Positions 1 through 12,131 of a DNA stretch of 53,208 bases are shown one piece after another (within the stretch, counting starts at the first letter, position 1; each line of letters starts with the position of its first letter). This stretch comes from Phoronis australis (Eukaryota > Animalia > Phoronida), in the NCBI GenBank assembly GCA_002633005.1, contig NMRA01000496.1, positions 74,108-127,315 of the forward strand, read 5' to 3'. The position numbers and the translations under genes were made by a program. The notes beneath the pieces were generated by a model that worked only from the letters and a program-made list of their open reading frames with translations, searched no databases and was not told the origin of the DNA.

Positions 1-1426
1 GAAAGCGAGGTTACAATAACAAAGAAAAACGCCCCTAAAGACACGTGACAATCATCAGCCTATAAGAGCCAAGAGCTTACAAAACTCGAGGCACATGATA
101 ACAACAGACCAATACGAAGGCTGGAAAATGACGTGTAGTCCTACACAAGGGAATAATGGAATAGACCGTCACGTGTCACTGGTTACAACTGTGGACAACT
201 CAGACCGCCTCTTACAGCTTTTGCTCGTCAAATAATACACGGTTACTGTCTATAGCCATTTAAAGCTTTGACCATGACACAAATATACAAACGTGTAGCA
301 GAATCGCAGCAACCTTTAAATAGCCAACTTATCCCATATTTGAAAACTGTACCCGCCGACAAAACGCGGGAGAACGTCTATACCCCTAGCAAGTTTTGAA
401 ATGTAAATCCTAAAGCAGTTTCTAAAATTAGTTTTGCACCACAATACACATGACACTTAGAGAGACACAAAAGACCACACTCTCTCATAATACGTATAAT
501 GAGTTTCAGTAACCTTGGTTTGTCAAGTTTTTCAACCTTTTCAATCTATGTGACGAAGCAGTGCATGTACTTATGCCTTAAACAGCATGACAAGACTAAG
601 TTACGGTACTCCGTCGGCCCCCCCTCCCTCTGCTACGTGAACCCTAAATCGTCTGCATCACACTACAGGAAATTAAACGCTATGTATACGTTACCCTAAG
701 GATGATGGTGTATAACTCTGGGCGGCTACGCCCCAACCACTGAGTTTCCTAGATAACTTCCCAAACGACACTGAGAAGCCCCCTACATTGTATAGCGGTT
801 GTGCGAATGAAGCGGTGATTTCACTAGTCCAGAAGCATACATCAGATCTAGAGAACTTAGTCAAGTCCCTATTTGGGACTGTTTCATGCAACCGGGCACT
901 AAGCTCCGCTTCTCATATTCTAAGACGACAGGAATTTCCCAGTTCATGACGCTCTAATTGATGAGAATTGGTGATATAGCGCTCAGTAGCTGATGGTTTC
1001 GATATTCTACTCAGTAACAGAAATACAGAGGGGACATATCTAGAATAATCTTCATATGCAAGGTTGAATACTAAACTTTGATAGACGTAACGGTGAGGAC
1101 ATAACGGTCTTTTTTGTTAAAAAAGAATATAACAGTGATCTGCACAAATAAAAGTGCGCTGGATCTCAAAACATTCACACCATAATTATGAAAGCGACAT
1201 AGCGCCTTGTTAAGGACAAATACATGAATAAGGCATGTTTTACTCTATAGGTCTTTTAACATTGTTTATATGCAAACATTCATGTATTCCGTTCTCTGAA
1301 AAACAGGCTTACTAAGTTTGAGCCTAGCGCTATTAAAATAGCGTTGTACCGTATGTCTTCAAGGTCAAACCAACAAAATGGGACTGACTAATCACAGACA
1401 CTATGGTATAATGAAATGTTTCTTAC

Positions 1427-1492
1427 CTCCTTTTTTTCATCTTCGGTGAGAAAGTAACCTTGAGATTCGTCATTTGCCTCTTTCGCTGCCAT
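1427..1492 (-). CDS. Probable first coding exon of an unidentified host gene running off the left edge (MAAKEANDESQGYFLTEDEKKE|)
   Basis: aagATGG start context with an in-frame TGA three codons upstream. 22 open codons end at a GAG|GTAAG donor (1426-1422, phase 0). CpG-rich sequence lies upstream. No downstream exon was recognised in 1-1420. Confidence 0.55.
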
Positions 1493-1499
1493 CTTCTGT

Positions 1500-1880
1500 C
1501 AAAGCGTCTTTGATTCTGTGCCAACTTTGGAGGACGGGACTGTTTTTTCCGGGTTTCATTCTGTCATTGTAAAACTCATTGACGTCATCTGCGTTACCAT
1601 TGGAGATACTTGAGTCTTGTTTTGATCGGTCCACTGTTTACATGAGGAATTCTGATTTCGTCGTTAGCGTTGTTTACACCGGCATACAGAAAGGTAACAT
1701 TAGTGGATGGCTAGGACCCAAATTTCACATTCCCCAGTATGACCGCAAGTCAATCTCCGTGTTTGGCTGATTTTGAAGCCCTGCTCATTAGCGTGAGGAC
1801 TTTCCTGTTTGAGGAATAAACCCACATTAAACTTCGCGAGAATGGATCACTTTTACATTTTACGGGCGTATGTGACCTTT
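1500..1880 (-). promoter_or_regulatory. Putative promoter/5'UTR of the left gene
   Basis: CpG-enriched stretch upstream of the 1492 ATG. It contains a perfect CRE palindrome TGACGTCA (1580-1587) and TTCGCGAGA (~1833-1841). Confidence 0.3.
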
Positions 1881-2495
1881 GAACAGCATGTTTCAGAAAT
1901 TTAATTAATTAGCCACAGAACAGTTTGGTACTGACGACAGTTAATGAGCAGCGACCCGATGTATTGCTGAATGCACATTCAGTAAACGCTTCACTATCGT
2001 TGATCAGACTGAAACAACAAATGAGAATTTGTCTTCACTGACATGTCCTAACCGTTTGTTTGCATCACTGTAAACATTATATTTCTTTAAGCGCATTATG
2101 TACAGTTTTGGGGCCAATATGCAAGTTGTGTGTGACATTTCACTAGTAAAAAATTTAATTCTTTTTTAAAAGCTTTCTAACTTTTCAAAATCGTTTTCTT
2201 TTGTGTTTATTTTGCCAATTCCCACGCGATTCGCACAATTATGTTATGTTAGAGGATAACAGAAAGAATCACATCTCAGAACTTTGAGTTACTTTTGAAA
2301 TGCGGACATATTGTCCTTCAAAAATACCGTTAACCAGGAACGGTGCTTTAAAGGGGGCTTGACGTACATGTATCGTTGTCGGTAAAATGAGACTTTAGCA
2401 GTTCAGTAGTAGTCAACCTTATAAAAAGATTAAACAAACATGTCACACAAACAGCCAGATGACTTACAATGCGCAGTGATGTCGTGAACCCCAAG

Positions 2496-2699
2496 AAACC
2501 AGGCAATATGATAACGTTCTGTTGTGTGGTAACCATTTGTACAACATAGCTAAAATGACATTAAACCAGGCTATATGTACACGTTCTGCTGTGTGGGAAC
2601 CATGTGTACAACATAGCTAATGACATTAAACCAGGTTATCTGTACACGTTCTGTTTGTGTGGGAACCATGTGTAAAACATCGCTAAACTGACATTAACC
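2496..2699. repeat. Minisatellite, ~66 bp x3
   Basis: acgttctg...gtgtgggaaccatgtgtacaacatagctaa...tgacattaaaccagg recurs at 2514, 2581 and 2646. Confidence 0.9.
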
Positions 2700-3380
2700 T
2701 CATCTTGTAATCATGTATATCAAAGATGACAAACGTTTACAGAATGGAATCCTCTATAATATTCGATTTCAGAACAATGATTTTAACATCTGATTATTAC
2801 TTCTCAATAAGAATGTAACCGTGTCTTGATGTTACGTCAAGTACAGTTATGACTCATACATATCCCTTAAGCAATAAGAACGTATACATCAAACAAGCAA
2901 TAAATAGCATAGACACATAATATGCGCCAAATTCCCCCTAACTCATGAATGAGATGGGCCTATCACAAAATTGTACCACGCCTTTTAACGTTGATAGTCA
3001 TTAATTACTCAAAAAACAGGTTTTATGAGAAACACGCAACTGACATCAGACTTTCAAGCGCTGCCGTCCGGCAACGTAGGCCTATAGCCTTCTGAATTTC
3101 CAATTGTAGAAAGATGAAAGAGGTAACATAACTACAGAAATATTTACTTCTTATTGTACATATAAATAAGATATGTTTAGGCTAGAAGTGACAAAGCAAA
3201 CCCGGGTACCTTTCGCAATGGGATGGCATATGAAGTACAATCTTGAGACCTAATTTTTGCTTATCTGAGAGAAACGATCTAAGTTACCTAGTCTAATCTA
3301 ACAAAAATATACGTGGAAAATAATTCAATACAAATGAAATACAATAATTAGAGTCTGATTAATTCAGTTCAGTGAATGAG

Positions 3381-3731
3381 TGTAATATTAACTAAGATAA
3401 GCTAGGTAACAACTGTACCATATAACAACAAGACATTAATAGATAACAATGTAATACAAACTAAAATAAGCTAGGTAACAACTCTACCATATAACAACAA
3501 GACATTAATCAATAACAATGTAATATAAACTAAGATAAGCTAGGTAGCAACTCTACCATATAACAACAAGACATTAATAGATAACAATGTAATATAAACT
3601 AAAATAAGCTAGGTAACAACTCTACCATATAACAACAAGACATTAATCAATAACAATGTAATATAAACTAAGATAAGCTAGGTAACAACTCTACCATATA
3701 ACAACAAGGCATTAATAGATAACAATGTAAT
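3381..3731. repeat. Minisatellite, 69 bp x5, with alternating A/B variants
   Basis: gctaggta at 3401, 3470, 3539, 3608 and 3677 (period 69). Confidence 0.95.
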
Positions 3732-3864
3732 AATTCACATCCAGTGATTTAAAAAGTTATTAGTCATATTAATGGGACTATTCGGATAATCTACAATAAC
3801 TAGAGGGCGCGCGTGTACTAGTGATGATAGATTAACAGCCTCGATTTCGTGAGCCCTGTAAATA

Positions 3865-5912
3865 CATGGTGAAATGGCTTGCAGCCGTGCCAACTGAATC
3901 TGAGATTGCGTGAAAAGGGTGCTTCTATGAGAGGAAGTAAGCACGATCTTATACAAAGGTAAGGTTTGTGATTATTTTAACGATTATCCCATGATTATTC
4001 TACCGATGCCTGTTAACTGATGTTGACTTCGCGGCAGTCGCCAGTCGGGTTAATCTTTGCGATACGATACTTGACGTAGCAATCGGGATCTTTTCGTACA
4101 TCAAAGCATTATTATTGTTTGGAATGATTTCTAACAGTTTATCAGTGACAGTTACATTAATCAATGCTGAATGTTTATGCTGTTAACTCGATACAGGTTA
4201 ATGAGTTAAGGCCGGTTACAATCCAATCCCAATGGCAAAGCGGGGTACATGACAAATATCCATTGCATTAGACTATTTATTTACTCCCTATCATATATCT
4301 TCTGGAAATCTATTACACGTTAAAATGGAAATCTATCACGTCTGTTTTCACATAACCTTTGGTTTTTAGGTTTGAGGGCTTGTACCGTGCAGAGGAGATA
4401 TGCATCGCTTCTGCACCGTCCCTGAATGGACAAAAATTGCTTTTTAGCATTTGACTGCAGCTAACCAACAAGATCTTCCCATCCAGTGCAGATCTTTTGT
4501 CAAAGCCTACTTTCAATAATGGAGGCAACGAACAAAGCCTTTGAAAAGGAACAGCTATTTTTAAAAAAAGTATGTAAGTCATTATGTTAATTTTCTTATT
4601 CATGTCCTGAGCGGGGGATTGGCATGGGGGTTGGGGTTATAATATTTGGTACAACTGAATGTGTGGAAATAACAGGTAATACATGTACATGTTTGGGGAA
4701 AAGAGCATGGTGAGGCAATTCTTAACCTTCATGAAGTCCCTTCAAGTTGATTTCTTGAAACTGTTTTGCTACTTGTATCAAATGTATACCCATGAGTTCA
4801 CAGTGACTGAATAGTCTTACCTCATGCCTTGAAATGTGGCAAGTCGTTATAAATTCAAATGACTGCCATTTTTGTGAAAATTGCATTTTTGATGGTGCCT
4901 TACGATTTGTAATTATTCTTAAACAACAGAAAGATTAATCATCATTTTTAAATGACCCAAGTCTTCATATCCTCTATTAGAAGAAAAATTAAAAGTCTGA
5001 AAAACGGTTCCCTCAAGAAGTAGAAGTACTCTTGACAGACCCATGAACCTGTAATCGGAGTTTAAAATTGCTGAAAGTATCAAAATTAAAAAGGCTTGAA
5101 AATGGGTAACAAAGGTTTGAAGTTGTCTCAAAAAGCTTGTATATTTTGCAGACAAGTGATGCGTTTAAAGAATTGTTATGGCTACAAATAAAAAATAAAG
5201 ACAGTTTTATGCAATGCTTATTATATACACCCTTGGTTTCTGAAAATAGTAATTATTTAATTTTATGTGAAACTGTAGAGCATTCACCATATATTTTTGA
5301 ACAACAGGGATAACGTGTTTGACCCAATCTGGAGTACTTAATTATTCACATTTCAATATTTGTTCCAGGTTCAGTGACATTTTAAAGCAACTTCAAGCTG
5401 TATCATAGACAAGCTTTGTTACTACCATCTCTTCCCACAGCACTTCCACACACCAGCAGTGCTGCATGGCACAATGTACAAGTCAGTGGCCCTGGAAAAA
5501 TGTGAATCGCAGTACTAAGTTACCATGAGACAATGTGCCTGTGGACTGTCTGTTTATTCAGACGAACTATATCTCACTGCTACACAAGCAAGCCTTGTTG
5601 GTGAGGATGCCCTTTCATAGGCAATGAGTCATGTGTGGACAATACCTTATTTCCTTTCCTGGAAGAAACACGAGGGACTGAAGCTAAAGAAGACCTAGTG
5701 ACACTCTGGTCTACTTCAAGGGTCTGATTTTGGGCTCAAAACGATTCAAGTGATATGCTGCTGTGTTTACCTTCAATGGTCTAATTGTGGATGTTATTGA
5801 GGCTGAATGGGGTTACACGAAAGAAATCCACGGGTGGAAACTGGACCTTTTTTACAAGCGCTTCTATAGGCCAATGAAACTAGATCACAGTGAAATGAAA
5901 GCCAAAAGCTGA
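3865..5912 (+). pseudogene. Spliced SAP + YqaJ (lambda-exonuclease-like) gene remnant
   Basis: Exon to 3958 reads LREKGASMRGSKHDLIQR (SAP motif), followed by GTAAGG. A phase-compatible acceptor follows at 4370. The last exon from 5369 reads TPAVLHGTMYKSVALEKCESQY*V..CGLSVYSDELYLTATQASLVGEDAL...KGLILGSKRFK*YAAVFTFNGLIVDVIEAEW...KLDLFYKRFYRP, matching the YqaJ HG..E..A / CGL / SPDG / QVQG..W / KL..FY pattern. Stops and frameshifts are present. Confidence 0.75.
4650..5060 (-). pseudogene. Harbinger/ISL2EU-type transposase HTH region remnant
   Basis: Frameshifted pieces FMGL..TVFQTF / FLLIEDMK / TIKNAIFTKM / YNDL / SVTVNSWVYI / KNCLTMLFSPN resemble the HTH_Tnp_4 region preceding the first catalytic Asp. 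Highly decayed. Confidence 0.4.
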
Positions 5913-6199
5913 GTGACATTAAATTTTCCTTTCAGAAAAAAGGCTTTATACTATTGGTAAAAACTTTTCAATTTGGTTCACATTATGGGAAAATGACATT
6001 CAGTGACTGATTGTCTTATTGTATGTTTTCAATTGTAACTAGCTGGATAGAAATCTGGTATGCACAAGATTCGAGAATAAAAAATTATCAGTGTATTTAA
6101 AAACAAATGGCAAACTAAAAAAGCACAGAAAGAAACAAAATTGCGATGGAGTCCATAACCAGGCATATCAAGTGCTAATTTCTGAATTATGTTCAATTC

Positions 6200-7177
6200 T
6201 CTCAGATTATTGCTGAAGGACTGCTTTTCACTTTGTCCAAAGGTAAACTCGGGCGGTTGGTTTCAGTTGTTTTCGCTCACCTGTAACAGAATAGTCGGAT
6301 AAATATTAGCAAATTGTAAAGGAAAAGACAAGACAAAACTACTTTTGTAAGGCAGAACATACTTGACGTTTCATCTTCACGTTTATTTGTAGAACCTAAT
6401 AACCTTTGTACCCAAGTCTTATTTAATATCTGAATTAAAATATGTGAAACAGGCTAAAAGTGATTTAACAATATGTATTTTTCATGACCCTTAAAATGTG
6501 ATCTCAACAAGTAAAATTCATTTTAGTGTCAATTTTTCTTCCAATACAATGTTACGACATTTACTGAATTAAGGCTTATTCATGTTGATTCGATAACTGA
6601 TCTGGTAGTCCTAGGGGTGGAGGCCGCTATAACATAAGGAAACTCACACATCTAGAGAATTTTATTGGAAGCAGCATAGTTTTGAAGAGAAACTGCTGTG
6701 AAAAAGTCACCCATTTACTTCTGTGCATCACGTACCATACACCTCTTATTTTGGGAGCACTCCCACCCAGGACAATATGAATATGTGCTGCTAGCCTACC
6801 CGGCATTGGGTGAATTTCCTAAAAGAAACACTAGTTCCAATCAATAAAACTGTTATTCAGTGGGGTAACTGGTGGGGATAACATCACCGAACGATGTTGA
6901 TAACATCACCGAACGATGTTGATAGAAACTTGATTGCTAAAAACATACCAAGTAATGTTGTGTAGTCTCGAATGGAACTGCATAGTCATAGAGCACACAC
7001 GGGGCTTCAGCATCCACACACTTTTTGTCAATTAGTTGACCCTTTTGACCGCAATTGTCCACGAATATAGTAACCTTAGGTGTTTCGGGAATTTGTGGCC
7101 ACCTGTCGAAGACTTGCACCAGGGAAATTAGCAGTAATAAGGCTTAGCGCGACGACGTATTTTGATAACAATTCCAT
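6200..7177 (-). pseudogene. Two-exon THAP zinc-finger remnant (transposase N-terminus)
   Basis: Exon 7177-6949 reads HKFPKHLRLLYSWTIAVKRVN*LTKSVWMLKPRVCS...DYTTLLG. The intron is 6948-6281 (GTATGT...TTACAG, phase 1). Exon 2 continues ERKQLKPTA-PSL, resembling the THAP AVPT tail. Confidence 0.7.
6879..6924. repeat. 22-bp tandem duplication
   Basis: taacatcaccgaacgatgttga x2, inside the THAP intron. Confidence 0.85.
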
Positions 7178-7341
7178 CTTTTACCAGTTGTTTACATGCA
7201 GACAGCCACGCATGCGCAATTCAATCACTACTAGTACAGCAGCGACACCGCGAGGAGAATTCTCCGAATAGCCCCAATTTGTAATTTGTTAGATATTAAT
7301 GGATCACTCTCCACCTTTCACTTGTTTTATGGTCTTAAGAA

Positions 7342-7400
7342 ATGGATCACAGGCAACAGTTTCCCGATCTGGAATCGGGAAACTGTTGCCTGTGATCCAT
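7342..7400. repeat. Perfect 27-bp inverted repeat with a 5-nt spacer
   Basis: ATGGATCACAGGCAACAGTTTCCCGAT-ctgga-ATCGGGAAACTGTTGCCTGTGATCCAT. Confidence 0.95.
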
Positions 7401-7967
7401 CGTATCACAGGCAATAGTCTCCCAAATGTCAGTTGTCATTTAAGCGAAAAAATAAACGTGTTCTCATGTAATTAATTCTATTGATAAAAAGCCAAAACAT
7501 GAATAAAAGTGTTAAACTCGCCTTAGTATTGATGCGTCTCCTGATTGGCTGAGAAAGGTGTGCACATGTACTTATTCTTTAAAATATACTACTGGTACTT
7601 GATTGGCATGGTTTCGTATTACATGTAATTTCATACATCGGTTAACACCAGCAACGTAGTTTTACATATCTGTGTATATTTTTGTAAAAAGGTGCCGGAG
7701 GACACTACCCAAAACCGGAAGCTCATTGAGCTTTCAACTTTAGACATATTTTGGAAGATTGGAGGACAATACACAATTAATCTAACTGTATGCTTAGGAA
7801 ATTCCACATTTATTGGCAGGATCATAAATACAGGACGCCCAATTTGACATACTTCAAAATTAAATCTTTGGGTATTTTAAAATTGAAAAATGTTTTAGTA
7901 AAATGATCCAAAATTCGAACAGATGTGTTCCCAATGTATTTTATTTTGAGGCAGTTTAGTTTTGAGG

Positions 7968-8155
7968 TGTAACTGACCCCTATATTAAGTGTGCATGTGT
8001 GTGTGTATGTGAGTGTGAATGTTTTGTATTGTAAATGACCCCATTCACAAGTGTGCATGTGTGTATGTCTTTGGGTGTGAATGTTTTGTATTGTAACTGA
8101 CCCCATCCACAAATGCGCATGTGCGTACATGTATGTATGCGTGTATGAATGTTTT
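7968..8155. repeat. ~62-bp GT-rich minisatellite x3
   Basis: gtaactgacccc...aagtgtgcatgtgtgt...gtgtgaatgttttgtatt is repeated three times. Confidence 0.85.
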
Positions 8156-8544
8156 CTTCTCAAGTCAGTAAAAATAAATATACATTATTACATGGCAAAG
8201 TCGTTATCCCCAGGATTCTAGAGTCCGGGCGTTCTAGGTCGCGGGTTGGCCGAAGAGTGAATGGCGCAGCGGATATGCCGCCTGCTCAAAACGCTCGCGA
8301 AACGTGTTTGAATCTGACCTCGGGTTCCCGCCAAAATGCTGTTCAGCACGCGTTGAACAACTGAATGGGTTATTCGATGGTTGTATTGAACATGTCAGTC
8401 TGATAACGTAATATAAAAATAAAAAATAAAAACAAAAAGTTCTTGATACTGTCGTAAAACAACAAGTTCCCCTTCGCGTCGTTCACTAAATACCGGATAC
8501 GGCCACAGGTGTATCTGGCATAAATTTTGAAACAACCAAAACTG

Positions 8545-8870
8545 TAAGAATCGTGTTGTAACCTCAGGAACAAAAGACTCTTCAGGTCTAACAATAACCC
8601 CAACTGAGAACAACTCAGTTGCTATGGATGGATTATCACACAATGCATTTAGTTTCCTTCATTGGCCTACAGTAACGAGGACATTTGCGTATTTAGGCAC
8701 ACGCCCCCCCCCCAGGCTATAGCCAGAATAATGAGTTTAGTTTTGCGTATAGGAGAATATGCCAATGATTTACCTTCAGACTCAGTGACTATCCATTGCC
8801 TGTACTTAAATGCTTTGCAAAAAGGCGCATGTGACAAATTCCAGATTTGGGCGCAGTTCCACATATAGGG
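8545..8870 (-). mobile_element. DIRS-type tyrosine recombinase fragment
   Basis: VTVGQ*RKLNALCDNPSIATELFSVGVIVRPEESFVPEV resembles the DIRS YR segment (A.RVSELHAL...V.LRP.P.FLPKV). WNLSHAPF and KTKLIILAIA lie upstream. Confidence 0.4.
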
Positions 8871-9999
8871 GCATGAGCCTAAATACGAACACACACGGTG
8901 TATGGTTATATTTTGGGCACAGGAGCTCGAGTCAGTGATTTAAAAAAGGATCGCTTCTGCCTTCAGGTGACTGCGTAAACCTTCTCTTACTATCAAACTT
9001 TGATCTGTGTCACCAATGAACAGGTTTAACTCGAGTTTGTTCTGAGACTTTGCAAGCAAACTTTATAGTTACAAAATTGCTGTCACCCAATCAATAGATG
9101 TCTTCAACTTTAACTGGCGTGTTTAATCACGCTTTGACTTAGGAAGAGACAAAAACACAATGTTAACGACATGTGCACATGCAACCATTTAAACAGACGT
9201 TAACAAGTGTAGAACAAAGCAATTATATTATAAAACCATTCAAATGCATTGTTAATGCTGCATTTCGAACTGTATAGCTGACTTCAAACGAAAATAAAAT
9301 TAGGCATTTTACTCTCATCAAATGTGTCTCATCATTTTATTCCTGACTGTAGTAGCTACATGTAGAATTATCTCTCCGTTACCTATAAGATTTATCAAAC
9401 CCCACCAGCCGCTTGAAAATGAGGTTAGCAACCATCAGTAACTTTGTGAATTAATGGCCCATTGTCTGTGACTTGAGTCGGTAATACAGATGGGATATAG
9501 CATGGGACCGTGTGGTATATCAATGCGTGTTGCGGCCAACAGATGGCGCGCTCGTGGTAGTAAATCAAAGAAAACACGAATACTTTAACAATAGAATACG
9601 TCTATTAATTTGCAGCGTTGTGAATTACAAACAATACTGTAGATTACTTCGAGTTGTGAGACTGACGACTGTTCGAATGAAACGATATATCGTTACAGGT
9701 GAAAGTATTAATCTACAGTGCCACCAGTTACCCGTAGCTACCGCACACGTTAAAGCAATACAAGTCGCAACATGAACTGACCCTCTAAAACAATCACTAG
9801 ACTGATTCAAATTGACTAACAGGCTGAGACCAACGCCTGTATTAAGTGTATATACCTCGGCTCCTTGACTTGACGTTGCTGAACTGGTTTCCTCGCCTTC
9901 ACTGTCGGATTCTTTTGGAGACGATGTCGTGGTTTGTGTCGTGGTCTATCTTGGTGTCATGGTGTGTGGTCTGTCTTTCCTTGATGGCCAATGCCTTAA

Positions 10000-11623
10000 A
10001 AGGGGACTGTAGTCAAAATAATGTTGCAGTTCATCGGTTCTAACATACAAATAAATCTCACATTTGCCTGACTTGCGTGCCAAACTAAAGCCAATTCGAA
10101 TTCATGGTCAAAACACTGAATTCTGAAAGCGATCGCTGATTGGTTGATGTGTCAGTGACGTGAACGGCGGGGTATCGGCTGTTTTACACATTCATTGCTT
10201 ATGTCATATTTGTAGAGTTTACATCGTAATTTATCATTGTATCAATCGTCCTTATTTTTTATTTTTTATTGTTTGCCACAGTGCTGTAAAAGGTTCGCTG
10301 TGCCTTTTTGTATGGCACCTGGTTGCTCAAACTCTTCGAAAAAGGCTTCTTCTAAAGGGATGGTCATCGCATACCATCGCCGGGTTACCCAAGCCTTGGC
10401 CCAAAGCTCAATGTAGATATGGGCCTACAGGTTTTAGCCGATATGGGTAAAAAATGTACAAATAAAATCTGACTCAAATAAATACCCTTAAAACTAAGTC
10501 ATCCTTGAGTAAACCTAGGAACCAGGTTCAGTTCCTAGAGTAAACTAACTTCTGTATTTACCGGTGTTGGAAATGTCAGCGATCGTTCATCGGCTGCTGC
10601 TAGTAAAATTGTGATGTGTTCTCGGCTTTTTGCGATTACGTCACCTGACCTTAACCAGTTTCTTTTCCCCCGATTCTTTTATCAAGTGTTCGTAGCTGAC
10701 GGTACCTAGGTTGCGTACATGTTATAACAAATTATCGGAGCTTGTTTCGTTTTGTTTCAAGTTTTTAGTATTGTTACATCAGCAAACCGAATTTTAGAAC
10801 AACCTTGGTGCTGCGAAGCTGTTATCATGTCCCCAAAGACGAGTCAAATTTTGATGAATTGGCGCGTGCGCCGTGTCACGAGCGTGCTGTTCTTGAAACG
10901 GACAACACACTTCTTTGTTAAAAAGGCGGCAAATTATGCTACCAAATGACGTTTATTTGATTGTTTTCCATTTAAACGGCTGCAACGAACAATGGGAGTG
11001 TCGGGTGACTACCAGATGTTGCATGCGCCCCCGCCGGTCCGTTAGCATTATATGTTGATGTAGCCTAAGTTTTACGACGAGGTGACGAGCATAACTGAGT
11101 CAACTATACCCGGGTAGTCAATGGCTGTCTGAAATTTCGGGGTTAACGGAGCTCAACACACAGTGGTACGATAGTCTTCATACAGCTACAGCAGGTAACT
11201 TACCAACCCTTCAAGATTACAGAGCTGCCGGAGTATTGGCTGACAGCTGGCTGACTGGATGGCTAGAGTCCACATTGCCCTGGGCACAGTCACTGACACC
11301 AGTTGCACCGGCAAATTTTCGTCTGACGATGACGATGACTGGGTATCACTTTGTGTTGCCTCGGCTCAAACAGGTATCCCTGGTGACACTAAAATTTCTT
11401 ATTCCGACAATATGAAGAACGCTACTTGATTGCACGCTAACACAGGACAGTGATTTTGCCCCCGCCAAATACGTCACGTGACTAAGCAGCGCTCCAAGCC
11501 GGTAATTTTTTAGCTTCTTTAGAGAATATAAGTTTAATTTTTGGTGTTGAATTATTTGTGAAATTAATCAACAATTCATAGAAAACTATCCAGAATTTAT
11601 TCAGAATAAATTACAGTTCCCTT
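10000..11623. mobile_element. Internally deleted Kolobok element
   Basis: TTAA|AAGGGGACTGTAG ... TTACAGTTCCCTT|TTAA (TSD at 9996-9999 and 11624-11627). THAP-like YHVPKDES...NTLLC at ~10820-10920 (+). KolX first exon GYLFEP...SSSSSDENL...W| ends in TG|GTAAGT at 11204 (-). Confidence 0.7.
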
Positions 11624-11875
11624 TTAAATATTATTCTAGCTGGCATCATATGATGGGCCCATCTCGTGACGGTTGCACGTGACACTTGCATAAGTATTAA
11701 TTAATCTGAATGGAGCTTACTCAGCACAATCAAATCAGCTGACTATTGAAACAATTCTTGCATAACACCTGTGATAAGTTCTACTATAGTCAAAGATATG
11801 ATTGCAATGCACTTTTAATTTTCGGAAACCTCAATTAAGTGCAGAAGGCCTAGCCTCATTATATTACAACCGATT

Positions 11876-12131
11876 CATGCGCGCACCCAGTTTAAAAATG
11901 AGCGGGCTTGAATTTTCGGAAAGTGGACATTTTACAACAGTAAGATTCACGGAGTACGTTCCGAGAAATAAATAGTGCGTCACCGAATTTTGATAGTACC
12001 CGTCTTTCAGTGGACTTTTGTCTAGTATCTACTTTTTTTGAAGTATTTTTTTCTGAGGCAGACCTTTTTGTCCACTTTATCAAATGGAGGTTCTCATTCG
12101 ACCCCACCCCCACCCCCTGGGTGCGCGCATG
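11876..12131. mobile_element. MITE with 15-bp perfect TIRs
   Basis: CATGCGCGCACCCAG ... CTGGGTGCGCGCATG. No clear TSD. Confidence 0.7.

Larger units (their letters stand above)
3774..7275. mobile_element. Degenerate ISL2EU/PHIS-like DNA transposon (~3.5 kb)
   Basis: Imperfect TIRs: left GGGACTATTCGGATAAT...TGTACTAGTGATGAT, right (reverse complement) GGGGCTATTCGGAGAAT...TGTACTAGTAGTGAT. Both ends are flanked by AAT (3771-3773, 7276-7278). Contains a decayed SAP/YqaJ gene (+) and THAP/HTH transposase pieces (-), the gene pair known from ISL2EU. Confidence 0.75.

Noticed and set aside
540-1100. Retroelement coding remnant in the left gene's intron
   Set aside because: It looks coding-like, but no motif could be identified on either strand.
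3381-3731. CRISPR-like array
   Set aside because: The units are contiguous with no unique spacers, the context is eukaryotic, and no cas genes are present.
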